From a virus: a stretch of DNA of 46,037 bases. The position numbers and the translations under genes were made by a program. The stretch lies in the IMG/VR virus record IMGVR_UViG_3300045988_153867; one strand, given 5' to 3'. The notes under the pieces were generated by a model, which worked only from the letters and a program-made list of their open reading frames with translations, was not told where the DNA came from and searched no databases. Of the stretch, positions 1 to 7,923 are shown one piece after another; positions within the stretch are counted from its first letter, which is position 1, and the number at the start of each line of letters is the position of its first letter.

Positions 1-180
1 TGAGGTGTACGGCAACGCTAGGGTGTGCGGCGACGCTGAGGTGTACGGCAACGCTTGGGTGTACGGCAACGCTAGGGTGTGCGGCGACGCTGAGGTGTAC
101 GGCAACGCTAGGGTGTACGGCAACGCTTGGGTGTACGGCAACGCTAGGGTGTGCGGCGACGCTGAGGTGTACGGCAACGC
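1..180 (+). repeat. Tandem 18-bp coding repeats (hexapeptide units xVYGNA / xVCGDA); same array as 45935..46037
   Basis: Direct reading shows gtgtacggcaacgct / gtgtgcggcgacgct units repeated about 10 times. Confidence 0.9.
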
Positions 181-436
181 TGACTATTTATTGATCGGTC
201 GCATTGGTAGTAGATTTAGTTTTACGACATTTTTCAAAAATAAAGACAAAGGTATAACAGTGTCTTGTGGTTGTTTCTTAGGGACTATTGCCGAATTTAG
301 AGCTAAGGTTTCCGATACACATGGAAATAATAAGCATGCAAAAATATATAACCTTGCTGCAGATATGGCAGAACTACAGATTTTAGGCGAAGAATATTTT
401 GACAAGCTGAACACTAATAAGTCAGAACCGTTTTGA
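2..436 (+). CDS. C-terminal part of a hexapeptide-repeat phage protein; the N-terminus is at 45792..46037 across the circular junction
   Basis: Open frame runs from the window edge. Repeats VYGNAR/VCGDAE/VYGNAW are followed by a non-repetitive tail. The frame is continuous with the ORF at the window end. Confidence 0.7.
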   Translation, partial: EVYGNARVCGDAEVYGNAWVYGNARVCGDAEVYGNARVYGNAWVYGNARVCGDAEVYGNADYLLIGRIGSRFSFTTFFKNKDKGITVSCGCFLGTIAEFRAKVSDTHGNNKHAKIYNLAADMAELQILGEEYFDKLNTNKSEPF

Positions 437-445
437 GGTGAGATC

Positions 446-652
446 ATGAATTGCGATATATGCCATAAGGATACAACGGCGGGTAGTCACGTAACCAGAG
501 GCCGATATTTTGAGGTGCATATTTGCCCGAGCTGCTTGATGTGGTCCGACGATCTGCGGGCCGTGAAGGCGCGGGAGATAATTAAAAACTTCAAGAATTT
601 GAGACTTTTGGAAGATATTAGTATAAGTTATGAAGGGACTGAAGCACAATGA
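446..652 (+). CDS. Small zinc-ribbon-like protein
   Basis: ORF with CDIC...CPSC cysteine pairs. GAGGTGAG RBS lies just upstream. Confidence 0.6.
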   Translation: MNCDICHKDTTAGSHVTRGRYFEVHICPSCLMWSDDLRAVKAREIIKNFKNLRLLEDISISYEGTEAQ

Positions 653-762
653 CTAAGCGTGAAACAGTATACACATTATTATTTATCTTTGCTGCAGGTT
701 TCCTATGGCAGCTCGGTTGTGCTTTAGCTGAGGTTTTTGTAGAGTGGCAGATCTGGAGATAA
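649..762 (+). CDS. Small hydrophobic (single-TM) protein, 37 aa
   Basis: ATGA start/stop overlap with the upstream ORF. Hydrophobic core is LLFIFAAGFLWQLGCALA. Confidence 0.35.
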   Translation: MTKRETVYTLLFIFAAGFLWQLGCALAEVFVEWQIWR

Positions 763-765
763 GTT

Positions 766-851
766 AAAACGGCCGCGCATACTAACTATATACAAGTATA
801 AAGGGAAGTATACCCCTGCGGAGGTGATTAGCCCGTAGGGGGCGGCCTTTT
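766..851 (+). terminator. Ornate multi-stem hairpin ending in a T-run
   Basis: Outer stem pairs AAAA(C)GGCCGC with GCGGCCTTTT. It encloses two inner hairpins (GTATA..TATAC and CCCCT..AGGGG). Confidence 0.4.
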
Positions 852-872
852 AAATATAAGGAGTTGGAAATA

Positions 873-1097
873 GTGAAACCAATAAATATAAAAATTATGA
901 TGGCGTTAATCGAAAAAGAACCAGGCGATCAGTATGTACCGGTATTGAAACCAGTACTTATGCAGATACTGACGGAACTCAAACATCTGCGTCGGAAAAA
1001 TAGTCAGCTCGGCGGTAAAAATGCCCGGTTAAGGCGAGAGAAGAAAGCTCTAGAAATTATGTTATCGGCGGTAGTAATAAATGACGACGTGGAATGA
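873..1097 (+). CDS. Hypothetical small protein
   Basis: ORF track frame. GTG start sits 9 nt after an AAGGAG RBS; the upstream TTG has no spacing to the RBS. Confidence 0.5.
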   Translation: MKPINIKIMMALIEKEPGDQYVPVLKPVLMQILTELKHLRRKNSQLGGKNARLRREKKALEIMLSAVVINDDVE

Positions 1098-1503
1098 ACT
1101 GCCGGCACACCTTGTAAGTAAAATTCGTTCTGATAGCGTAACGGCGCCGGCGAATTTACCTGGGGCTGTACCTGTGCTGAAATATGGTAATGCAATAACT
1201 GAGGTTGACGGGATTCGCTTTGATAGTAGGAAAGAAGCAAAATACTATGAGGACTTACTTTGGCAGCAGCGTACCGGTGCAGTAAAAAGCATTGAATTAC
1301 AGCCTGAATTTGTTTTACAGCCTGGTTATGAGGTTGCAGGTAAAAAGATAAGGCCGATTATTTATCGAGCTGATTTCAAGGTAACAGAAGCTAATGGGCA
1401 TATATATTACGTCGACACGAAAGGGATGCGGACGCAGGTGTATCTGATCAAAAAGAAGATGCTGCTATATCGTTACCCTGATATTGATTTTAGAGAAGTT
1501 TAA
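1081..1503 (+). CDS. DUF1064-family phage protein
   Basis: Motifs KYGNxxTEVDGIRFDSRKEAKYY...YRADF...YVDTKG match the DUF1064 pattern from memory. Confidence 0.75.
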   Translation: MTTWNELPAHLVSKIRSDSVTAPANLPGAVPVLKYGNAITEVDGIRFDSRKEAKYYEDLLWQQRTGAVKSIELQPEFVLQPGYEVAGKKIRPIIYRADFKVTEANGHIYYVDTKGMRTQVYLIKKKMLLYRYPDIDFREV

Positions 1504-1515
1504 GGTGGTGGAGTA

Positions 1516-1938
1516 GTGGAGAAAATTAGAAGTCTTGTAGGCATGGTATCAAAAAAGAAGTTTTTTTCGGCCTGCAAATGTTATGAAAATAATAAATATG
1601 GTGTTGATTATGTCAAACCACAACTTTGCATAGATGAAGAAAGTCATCTCATATTTTGTGACCGATGCGGTGCAGTTATAGATCCGTTTGCAGCAATGCT
1701 CATGGTCGCAATTTTTGAAAAACGGCAAAACTGTGAATGGGGTAGATACATGGAAAGTGCTAGACGGTTTTGGAAAATAGCCCACAGCTATAAACCATAC
1801 AGAGTAGCACTTAAAGAAATGGAAAAGAATATGGGTCGGGGTAATAATGCTATGTTGCCCTGCTGCCCAAAATGTGACAGAGCATTTGATCCTGCAGATA
1901 TCAAAGCGTATGTTAATAAAAAATATGTCTGCGACTAA
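1516..1938 (+). CDS. Cys-rich hypothetical protein
   Basis: ORF with CDRCG and CCPKCD motifs and a GGTGGTGGAG RBS. The start codon is uncertain. Confidence 0.55.
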   Translation: MEKIRSLVGMVSKKKFFSACKCYENNKYGVDYVKPQLCIDEESHLIFCDRCGAVIDPFAAMLMVAIFEKRQNCEWGRYMESARRFWKIAHSYKPYRVALKEMEKNMGRGNNAMLPCCPKCDRAFDPADIKAYVNKKYVCD

Positions 1939-1951
1939 GGCGGTGGAGTAG

Positions 1952-2068
1952 ATGAAAGCGTATTGCTGTAAGGAGCGTGACGGTGATGAATACGCCGTTA
2001 TTGTATACGGAAAACAAGAGGTCAAGCAAAACGAGAAGGGGCTAGCGAATTGGATATTGATTTTTTAG
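1952..2068 (+). CDS. Short ORF, possibly the N-terminal part of a frameshifted gene completed by 2050..2265
   Basis: ATG follows a GGTGGAG RBS and encodes MKAYCCKERDGDEYAVIVYGK.... The -1 frame is open from 1990 into the next ORF. Confidence 0.3.
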   Translation: MKAYCCKERDGDEYAVIVYGKQEVKQNEKGLANWILIF

Positions 2069-2265
2069 ATGCCAACGTTAGCCGATTACCGTGGGCGGAC
2101 GAATACGGCAGTATCAATAATCTTCCGTTAAAGGTCTACTTTGAAAACGGGTGGTTTTGTGAGTGCTGCAAGTGCGGAAGGCGTATCGACGTTGATAGTG
2201 AGTATACGGAAGGTACTTTGGGAAAGTTTGACTATTTGTGTGACGAATGTAGAAAGACGGTGTAA
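2050..2265 (+). CDS. Cys-rich hypothetical protein (see frameshift finding)
   Basis: ORF track frame with CECCKCG and CDEC motifs. There is no convincing RBS at the TTG start. Confidence 0.45.
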   Translation: MDIDFLDANVSRLPWADEYGSINNLPLKVYFENGWFCECCKCGRRIDVDSEYTEGTLGKFDYLCDECRKTV

Positions 2266-2268
2266 ATT

Positions 2269-2424
2269 ATGAAAAATCTTGAAATCAAGTACGTAGGATG
2301 GTGCCATGAGTGCAAATGCCTAGGAAGTTTTATTTGTGGTAACTGTAAGCCTAATGAGAAATACAGTTTTGGTAGACCTTCTGAATTTATATCTAAGAAC
2401 AAAAACCGTTGGGTAAGAATGTAG
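2269..2424 (+). CDS. Small Cys-rich protein, 51 aa
   Basis: Translated by hand as MKNLEIKYVGWCHECKCLGSFICGNCKPNEK.... It is tightly packed with its neighbours. Confidence 0.45.
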   Translation: MKNLEIKYVGWCHECKCLGSFICGNCKPNEKYSFGRPSEFISKNKNRWVRM

Positions 2425-2433
2425 GAGTAAAAA

Positions 2434-2613
2434 ATGAAATACTTAGACTATTGTTATTTGTGCATTAATAATAGAAAGGCCAGTGAGTTGAGCGAAAACC
2501 CAAAATGTAGTAACTGTATTCAGCTTACTGTTATGTCTATGCCAACTAAGTTTAAATCGCGTAGGATTACTTGGGCTGACAGAACGGAGCTAAAAAAATA
2601 TGATAGCAATTAA
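2434..2613 (+). CDS. Small Cys-rich protein, 59 aa
   Basis: Translated by hand as MKYLDYCYLCINNRK...CSNC. GGAG lies upstream. Confidence 0.45.
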   Translation: MKYLDYCYLCINNRKASELSENPKCSNCIQLTVMSMPTKFKSRRITWADRTELKKYDSN

Positions 2614-2815
2614 AGAAATGGATATGCCTGAGAATTGCTTAAAGTGTCCTTTTATAGATGAAAGTGGGCAGTATTGTCAAGTTGATGGCAAAGCATTAGT
2701 GCCTAATATTCTTTGTATAGATATCGAGGGCGTACGAGAGAATTTTAAGGTTTTAGAAAGCGGTAGACATACATATTGCCCATTAATTGAGATCAAGGAG
2801 TGTAAAGAACAATGA
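2600..2815 (+). CDS. Small Cys-rich phage protein
   Basis: ORF track frame with CLKCPF...C...CPL motifs. Confidence 0.55.
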   Translation: MIAIKEMDMPENCLKCPFIDESGQYCQVDGKALVPNILCIDIEGVRENFKVLESGRHTYCPLIEIKECKEQ

Positions 2816-3021
2816 ATATCATGGATGTTATTTATTTACTAATGAATTGTGTCGTTACAGCATCTATTACTGTGACTATAGCGTCAGCTCTTTGGTCTAT
2901 ATTGGTACTTCTGACTGACAGCAGTGACAGACATAGCCGCTTATATGTCATTACTTACACTACAGGGGCTATAACACTTATATTATTTGGAATAAAATTT
3001 CTCGTAGGATGGTTGAAATGA
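2812..3021 (+). CDS. Small membrane protein with two predicted TM segments
   Basis: ATGA overlap with the upstream ORF. Two hydrophobic stretches are present. Confidence 0.55.
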   Translation: MNIMDVIYLLMNCVVTASITVTIASALWSILVLLTDSSDRHSRLYVITYTTGAITLILFGIKFLVGWLK

Positions 3022-3063
3022 CCAATCATAAAATATGTGTTTACAGACAAGGCGGCATAAAAA

Positions 3064-3159
3064 ATGTATGAAATAGGACCGAATTTATCAATGGTATTAA
3101 TGGCTATATTGACCGTAGTTTTTATAGCTGTTTTTGGATATTTTGACACAAGAAGGTGA
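3064..3159 (+). CDS. Small hydrophobic peptide, 31 aa
   Basis: Translated by hand as MYEIGPNLSMVLMAILTVVFIAVFGYFDTRR. Confidence 0.3.
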   Translation: MYEIGPNLSMVLMAILTVVFIAVFGYFDTRR

Positions 3160-3165
3160 AGAAAA

Positions 3166-3576
3166 ATGCGTGAAATATTATTTAGAGGTAAAGACAGTAT
3201 CACTAAAAGTTGGGTATATGGGGCACTTGTACAACAACAGGACGACCCTTTAAAAGAAAAAGCGTTTATTATTAGTTATTCAAATTATCAGTTTGGTGAT
3301 TTTTCAGAAGCGGTTATGCATGAAGTTGACCCTGAAACTGTTGGTCAGTGTACTGGGTTTGGTGATAAGAACGGCAACAAGATATTTGAAGGCGATATCG
3401 TCTGTATGGACGATTGGATACCACCATGTATGCAGGTAGCTTATGCACAGGGAGCTTTCTACTTAGCGGAAATTGAAAAACCAGTTAAATATTATGGTGA
3501 CATTTATTATTTAAACCATGGTGGGAAACCTTATGCAAAAGTTATCGGCAATATCTATGATGATTTGAGCTACTAA
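3166..3576 (+). CDS. YopX-family phage protein
   Basis: N-terminal ILFRGK...WVYG and the PETVGQCTGFGDKNGNKIFEGDIV motif are characteristic of YopX. Confidence 0.8.
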   Translation: MREILFRGKDSITKSWVYGALVQQQDDPLKEKAFIISYSNYQFGDFSEAVMHEVDPETVGQCTGFGDKNGNKIFEGDIVCMDDWIPPCMQVAYAQGAFYLAEIEKPVKYYGDIYYLNHGGKPYAKVIGNIYDDLSY

Positions 3577-3592
3577 AGGAGCGGTGAATAAT

Positions 3593-3886
3593 ATGGAATT
3601 GATAGATAAAGATGCTTTAGTGGAATATTTAGAGAGAATGGGAAATGAAATATATCCAGGCAATGATGAATATTTTCTAGGACAGAAAACAGGTTTAATG
3701 AAAGTCGTTGGTGTTGTAATAACCTTTCCTGCAGTAGAGGAACGTGAGCAAGGATGTTGGAAAAATGGCTGCTGTACCGTATGTGGTGAATCTGCTGCAA
3801 CCGATAGCCACTTTGACTTTATACCCGAGGAAGAGCAGAAATATTGCTGGAATTGCGGGGCTATTATGGACGGTGAAACCGAATGA
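3593..3886 (+). CDS. Hypothetical phage protein with a C-terminal zinc ribbon
   Basis: ATG sits 11 nt after AAGGAG. CTVCG...CWNCG motifs are present. Confidence 0.6.
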   Translation: MELIDKDALVEYLERMGNEIYPGNDEYFLGQKTGLMKVVGVVITFPAVEEREQGCWKNGCCTVCGESAATDSHFDFIPEEEQKYCWNCGAIMDGETE

Positions 3887-4161
3887 ACATACTAAAGATA
3901 GAAAGAGCAATAGCTTTATTAAAACCAATCGTTTGGAAAATGCCTGTGAATAAGAAAAGAGAGGCTTATATAACTTTATTGACAGCTGCTCAAAAGCAAC
4001 TACCACAAGAAGTAAATTTGGTAGTCGAAGAGCATTTTATACCAAACTGTCCTTTCCCACAACAAATACCTAAAGGCTGGGCATGTCCTGTATGCGGACG
4101 TGAGGTAGATGATGATGCTCACTACTGCAAATACTGCGGTCAAGCTATATGTGATGATTAA
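3883..4161 (+). CDS. Hypothetical protein with a C-terminal zinc ribbon
   Basis: ATGA overlap with the upstream ORF. CPVCG...CKYCG motifs are present. Confidence 0.6.
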   Translation: MNILKIERAIALLKPIVWKMPVNKKREAYITLLTAAQKQLPQEVNLVVEEHFIPNCPFPQQIPKGWACPVCGREVDDDAHYCKYCGQAICDD

Positions 4162-4172
4162 GGAGTGAAGAC

Positions 4173-4337
4173 ATGAATTATCCTGATCTAATAAAATGGA
4201 TATTTGAATTTGTATATGAACATTGGATATTAACGTTTTTGTTTATATTAGTTTTAAGAAGGTTTAGTATTTTTACAATAAATCTATCAGATAAGAAGGG
4301 CGATACAAATGTTATTAACAATAGAGAGCAAGTTTAA
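4173..4337 (+). CDS. Small hydrophobic protein, 54 aa
   Basis: ATG follows AAGGAG. A TM-like stretch WILTFLFILVL is present. It overlaps the next ORF by 29 nt. Confidence 0.3.
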   Translation: MNYPDLIKWIFEFVYEHWILTFLFILVLRRFSIFTINLSDKKGDTNVINNREQV

Positions 4338-4587
4338 TATAGGGGATAATGTGCATGTGCCTAAGGGAGAATGTAAAGTACTTGGTGTCAAACTAGATTC
4401 TAAAGGTATCTTATATTTGCTTGAAAGTGCAGACGGTACGAGAGAATGGGTGCAAGAATATTGGGTTGTTGAGGGCGAACAAGAACATAAACACGAAGAG
4501 TTTAAGGAGGCTATTTTGAACCAACTCGTAGAAGACAGCATAAATCCTTTTGGAGCATTATTTAGGCGATTAAAAAAGAAAAGCTAG
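4309..4587 (+). CDS. Hypothetical protein
   Basis: ORF track frame. Confidence 0.5.
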   Translation: MLLTIESKFNIGDNVHVPKGECKVLGVKLDSKGILYLLESADGTREWVQEYWVVEGEQEHKHEEFKEAILNQLVEDSINPFGALFRRLKKKS

Positions 4588-4599
4588 AAGGAGACTGAT

Positions 4600-5043
4600 A
4601 TGCTAATAGAACAGTATATTAAGCATGTAGAGCGGTACTTTTGGGATCGTAAGCAAATACAAAAAGTTGTTGATGAAGAAAAAGAGCAACGTACTGCAAG
4701 GAAAGGGCATACGGGCGGTGGGGGTCATGCTTTTATTAGTAATCCAACAGAAACAGCAGCATTAAAAAACATTGAGCCAGTACGTATGATATCGTTTGGA
4801 TATGGACCATATCAGTCGATAATAATGAACCCGGAGCTATGGCTTGAAGTTGTCGCAGAAACCTATAAGATACATGAGAATCAGCTTACTGGTAAAGTTA
4901 TGTATCAAAAATATGAAAAAAGGAAGCCGATGAAAATAATTGCAGAATTAACCGGCGTAAATAGAGATACCTGTTATGAATTTCGTAAGGAGTTTCTCCG
5001 AGATGCTGTTGGTTTGGCATTGAAAAAAGGTTTGATAAAATAA
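4600..5043 (+). CDS. RinA/ArpU-like late transcriptional activator
   Basis: Size, position immediately upstream of the packaging module, an SNPTETAAL-type motif and a C-terminal HTH-like segment (IIAELTGVNRDTCYEFRKEF). Confidence 0.6.
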   Translation: MLIEQYIKHVERYFWDRKQIQKVVDEEKEQRTARKGHTGGGGHAFISNPTETAALKNIEPVRMISFGYGPYQSIIMNPELWLEVVAETYKIHENQLTGKVMYQKYEKRKPMKIIAELTGVNRDTCYEFRKEFLRDAVGLALKKGLIK

Positions 5044-5094
5044 AAAAGTTTCCGACATATTACCTGTTTTAATGAGTTAAAATAGTATTGTAAG
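5042..5094 (+). promoter_or_regulatory. Conserved motif AAAAAAGTTTCCGACA-N16-GAGTTAAAATAnTAnTGTAAG; candidate activator-dependent late promoter, copy A
   Basis: Nearly identical bipartite motif with identical 16-nt spacing recurs at 29620..29672. It contains a TAAAAT -10-like hexamer. Confidence 0.45.
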
Positions 5095-5362
5095 TAAGTG
5101 GGCTTACAATAAAGCCAGACGCAGTAATCCGCTCACTATCCGAGCAAGTGATAAACCGTATGTGCATATATTTGGCTATGGCGTTCGCCGTATGATGGCA
5201 TATGATAGCTGCAATTTATCGTATGAATGATGCGGATAACTACCCATAGCCCCTACCGTGCGGCTAGCAGCAGTCGCATTGGTAGTGTCAAAACATCGCA
5301 TGGAAGCCTAGTAACGGGATAACATGCAAAGGTGAAATGTTCAAGTTTAGCACTTGGACACT

Positions 5363-5435
5363 GCCCGTGTAGCTCAGATGGCAAGAGCGATTGACTTTTA
5401 ATCAGTGGTCGCAGGTTCGAGCCCTGCCACGGGTA
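5363..5435 (+). tRNA. tRNA-Lys (anticodon UUU)
   Basis: Cloverleaf folded by hand. Acceptor stem is GCCCGTG/CACGGGT and the D arm is GCTC..GAGC. The anticodon loop is CTTTTAA and the T arm is GCAGG-TTCGAGC-CCTGC. Confidence 0.9.
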
Positions 5436-5590
5436 CGGCATAGATGGGGAACACCTATCCACGCTTAAAGGTGCGTGTGTTGTTTGGGTAATCCGGCGAC
5501 TGCCAGTCCTGCCGTTGGGGTGATACAGCGGCATATTTAATTGAGGTACTAACATGTTAAGCAGTAAATAATAGTGGAGAGTGCTTAAAA

Positions 5591-5890
5591 ATGAAATATA
5601 AAAAGAAACCAGTATCTGTAGAAGCATTTCGGTTTGATGGTGATTTAAAAGGAAGCGATGGCAAATATTATGTGCCAGAGTGGGCGGTAAAAGCATTTGA
5701 AGAAGGAATTTTGTACTTTGATGCCTTAACTCCAGATACTCCACCTATTGAATTGTTTATTAGAACTCTTGAAGGTACGATGCATGCGCCAGTCGGAAGT
5801 TATGTTATACAAGGAGTACGTGGAGAACTTTACTGCTGTAAAGAAGATATCTTCCTTGAAACTTATGAGCCTGTATTGGAGAGTGATTAA
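5591..5890 (+). CDS. Conserved hypothetical phage protein
   Basis: ORF track frame with a GGAGAG RBS region upstream. Confidence 0.6.
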   Translation: MKYKKKPVSVEAFRFDGDLKGSDGKYYVPEWAVKAFEEGILYFDALTPDTPPIELFIRTLEGTMHAPVGSYVIQGVRGELYCCKEDIFLETYEPVLESD

Positions 5891-6058
5891 ATGTTAGTAA
5901 AAGAACTAATAGAAAAGCTCAAGGAAATGCCTCAAGATGCACTAGCGATGTATGATTATGATTGTGAACTTGTTCCTATAGATAAAGCGGAAACGTATAC
6001 ATTTGAAGGAACTATTGTTGTAGAACTTTCTACAGACTGGAACAAGAATATACGTTAA
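5891..6058 (+). CDS. Small hypothetical protein, 55 aa
   Basis: ATG immediately follows the upstream stop. Translated by hand as MLVKELIEKLKEMPQDALAMYDYD.... Confidence 0.45.
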   Translation: MLVKELIEKLKEMPQDALAMYDYDCELVPIDKAETYTFEGTIVVELSTDWNKNIR

Positions 6059-6137
6059 TCTACATAAATAATTTAGTCTTAAAAAGCCGATAAAACACGG
6101 TAATATATATCAGAATTTAGCATATAACTTAATATAA

Positions 6138-6168
6138 AGGCACTTAACTTCGGTTAGGTGCTTTTTTA
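6138..6168 (+). terminator. Rho-independent terminator with a cTTCGg loop, directly upstream of terS
   Basis: GCACTTAAC-TTCG-GTTAGGTGC stem followed by TTTTTTATTT. It is a paralog of the hairpin at 29773..29803. Confidence 0.7.
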
Positions 6169-6190
6169 TTTACAAAGGTGGTGATAACAG

Positions 6191-6595
6191 ATGGCTGCGC
6201 TAAAAGATCCAAGACAGGAGAAGTTTTGTAGGCTTATGGCTGTAGGTGGTAAAACACAGGAACAGGCAGCCATTGATGCAGGGTATTCAGCAAAAAGCGC
6301 AAGGCAGGCTGCGTCAAGACTGTTAACAAAGCAGCACATTGTTGACAGGGTAACGGAACTTCAAACGGTTACTGAAGAAAAAATTGCAGATGAACAGAAG
6401 AATATCATAGATGAACTTAGCAAATTAAGAAAGTTCTGGTTAGAAGTTATAGACGATAAAGAAGAGCGCATGAATAATAGGCTTAAAGCATCTGAGCTAT
6501 ATGGTAAATCGATAGCAGCATTTGTAGAGAAGCGCGAGGTTAGTGGTAAAGATGGTGAACCAATTACTTTTCGTTGGGCTGGTGATGATGGTTGA
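6191..6595 (+). CDS. terS: Terminase small subunit
   Basis: N-terminal KDPRQEKFCRLMAVGGKTQEQAAIDAGYSAKSARQAASRLL is typical of Terminase_2-type small subunits. It sits directly upstream of terL. Confidence 0.85.
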   Translation: MAALKDPRQEKFCRLMAVGGKTQEQAAIDAGYSAKSARQAASRLLTKQHIVDRVTELQTVTEEKIADEQKNIIDELSKLRKFWLEVIDDKEERMNNRLKASELYGKSIAAFVEKREVSGKDGEPITFRWAGDDG

Positions 6596-7923
6596 AAGTA
6601 ATAACTATACCATACAAACCAAGACCTCTTTGGAAAGACATAATTCATCCTGCCCTTGATAAATATCGTTTCGCCGTTATAGTAGCCCACAGACGTTATG
6701 GTAAGACTGTAGGAATGATAAATGAGCTGACTAAGAGTGCTATCAAAAATACGCTTATAAGCCCTCAGTTCGCATATGTAGCGCCGTTTAGGAATCAGGC
6801 TAAGATGATTGCATGGAACTATTTGAAGTATTACACAAGCGCGATTCCCGGTAGAAAGGTAAATGAAAGCGATCTGTTTATAGAACTGCCGTCAAAGCAT
6901 AAAAATGCTGTTGGGGCAAGGATATATATTATAGGCGCGGATAAGCCTGATGCGTTGCGCGGTACTTACTGGGACGGCGTTGTGCTTGACGAATATGCTC
7001 AAATAAAGCCTGAACTATGGGGCGAAGTAATACGGCCGGCGTTAGCTGACCGCAAGGGCTTCGCTTATTTTATCGGAACACCTAAAGGGCAGAATCAGTT
7101 CTATGAGATATACCAAAGAGCGCAACGCAGCGAAGAATGGTTTACCTGCCTTTATAGAGCTGATGAAAGCGGTGTGTTGGATGAAGCAGAGCTTAAGTCG
7201 ATGATGGAAGATATGACGGATATAGAAATACGTCAGGAGCTTTATTGTGATTTTACTGCATCGGCTAGTAATGTCGTCATCCCTATTGATTTAGTTACAG
7301 AGGCAGCACACAGATTGCTTCAAGAAAAAGACGTGCAGGGAGCTCCAGTTATTCTTGGCGTTGATATAGCCAGATATGGTGATGACAGATCTACTATTTT
7401 TAAGAGACAGGGACTATGGGTAGATGAGCCTTTAGTTTACAAAGGTCTGGACACTATGGATATGGCGGCAAGAGTTATTGATGCGATAATCAGATATAAG
7501 GCCGATATGACTTTTATTGACGCTGGAGTCATGGGTGCTGGAGTTATAGATCGCATTAGGCAGTTGGGGTACAACAATATCAGTGAAGTCTACTTTCAGG
7601 GCAACGCACTGCATGAACAGCGTTTTGAAAATATACGTGCTGAGATGTATTTTAAGATGCTTGAATGGCTCAAGTCTGGCGGCGCTATACCTGATATGCC
7701 GGAATTAAAAAGCGAACTTAGTATCGTAGAGTACAAGTTTAGTAAACGTGGCAAAATCATCTTACAGCCTAAAGAAGAAATTAAGGAAAAGATTGGTAAA
7801 AGCCCCGATCTTGCAGATGGTCTTGCTCTGACTTTTGCAAGGCCTGTTTATCCAAGGTTAAAACCGGGTGATCCTGGGTATGGACGTAAGATGATGTGTA
7901 ATACAGAATATTCGATATTTTAA
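6592..7923 (+). CDS. terL: Terminase large subunit
   Basis: Walker A-like HRRYGKT, Walker B VVLDEY and a C-terminal nuclease-like region. Start overlaps the terS stop. Confidence 0.9.
   Translation: MKVITIPYKPRPLWKDIIHPALDKYRFAVIVAHRRYGKTVGMINELTKSAIKNTLISPQFAYVAPFRNQAKMIAWNYLKYYTSAIPGRKVNESDLFIELPSKHKNAVGARIYIIGADKPDALRGTYWDGVVLDEYAQIKPELWGEVIRPALADRKGFAYFIGTPKGQNQFYEIYQRAQRSEEWFTCLYRADESGVLDEAELKSMMEDMTDIEIRQELYCDFTASASNVVIPIDLVTEAAHRLLQEKDVQGAPVILGVDIARYGDDRSTIFKRQGLWVDEPLVYKGLDTMDMAARVIDAIIRYKADMTFIDAGVMGAGVIDRIRQLGYNNISEVYFQGNALHEQRFENIRAEMYFKMLEWLKSGGAIPDMPELKSELSIVEYKFSKRGKIILQPKEEIKEKIGKSPDLADGLALTFARPVYPRLKPGDPGYGRKMMCNTEYSIF

Noticed and set aside
5253-5744. 163-aa minus-strand ORF
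   Set aside because: It runs antisense straight through the tRNA-Lys gene and into the start of a + strand CDS. It has no RBS, and its product is low-complexity. It is most likely a by-product of a stop-poor, G+C-richer non-coding region.
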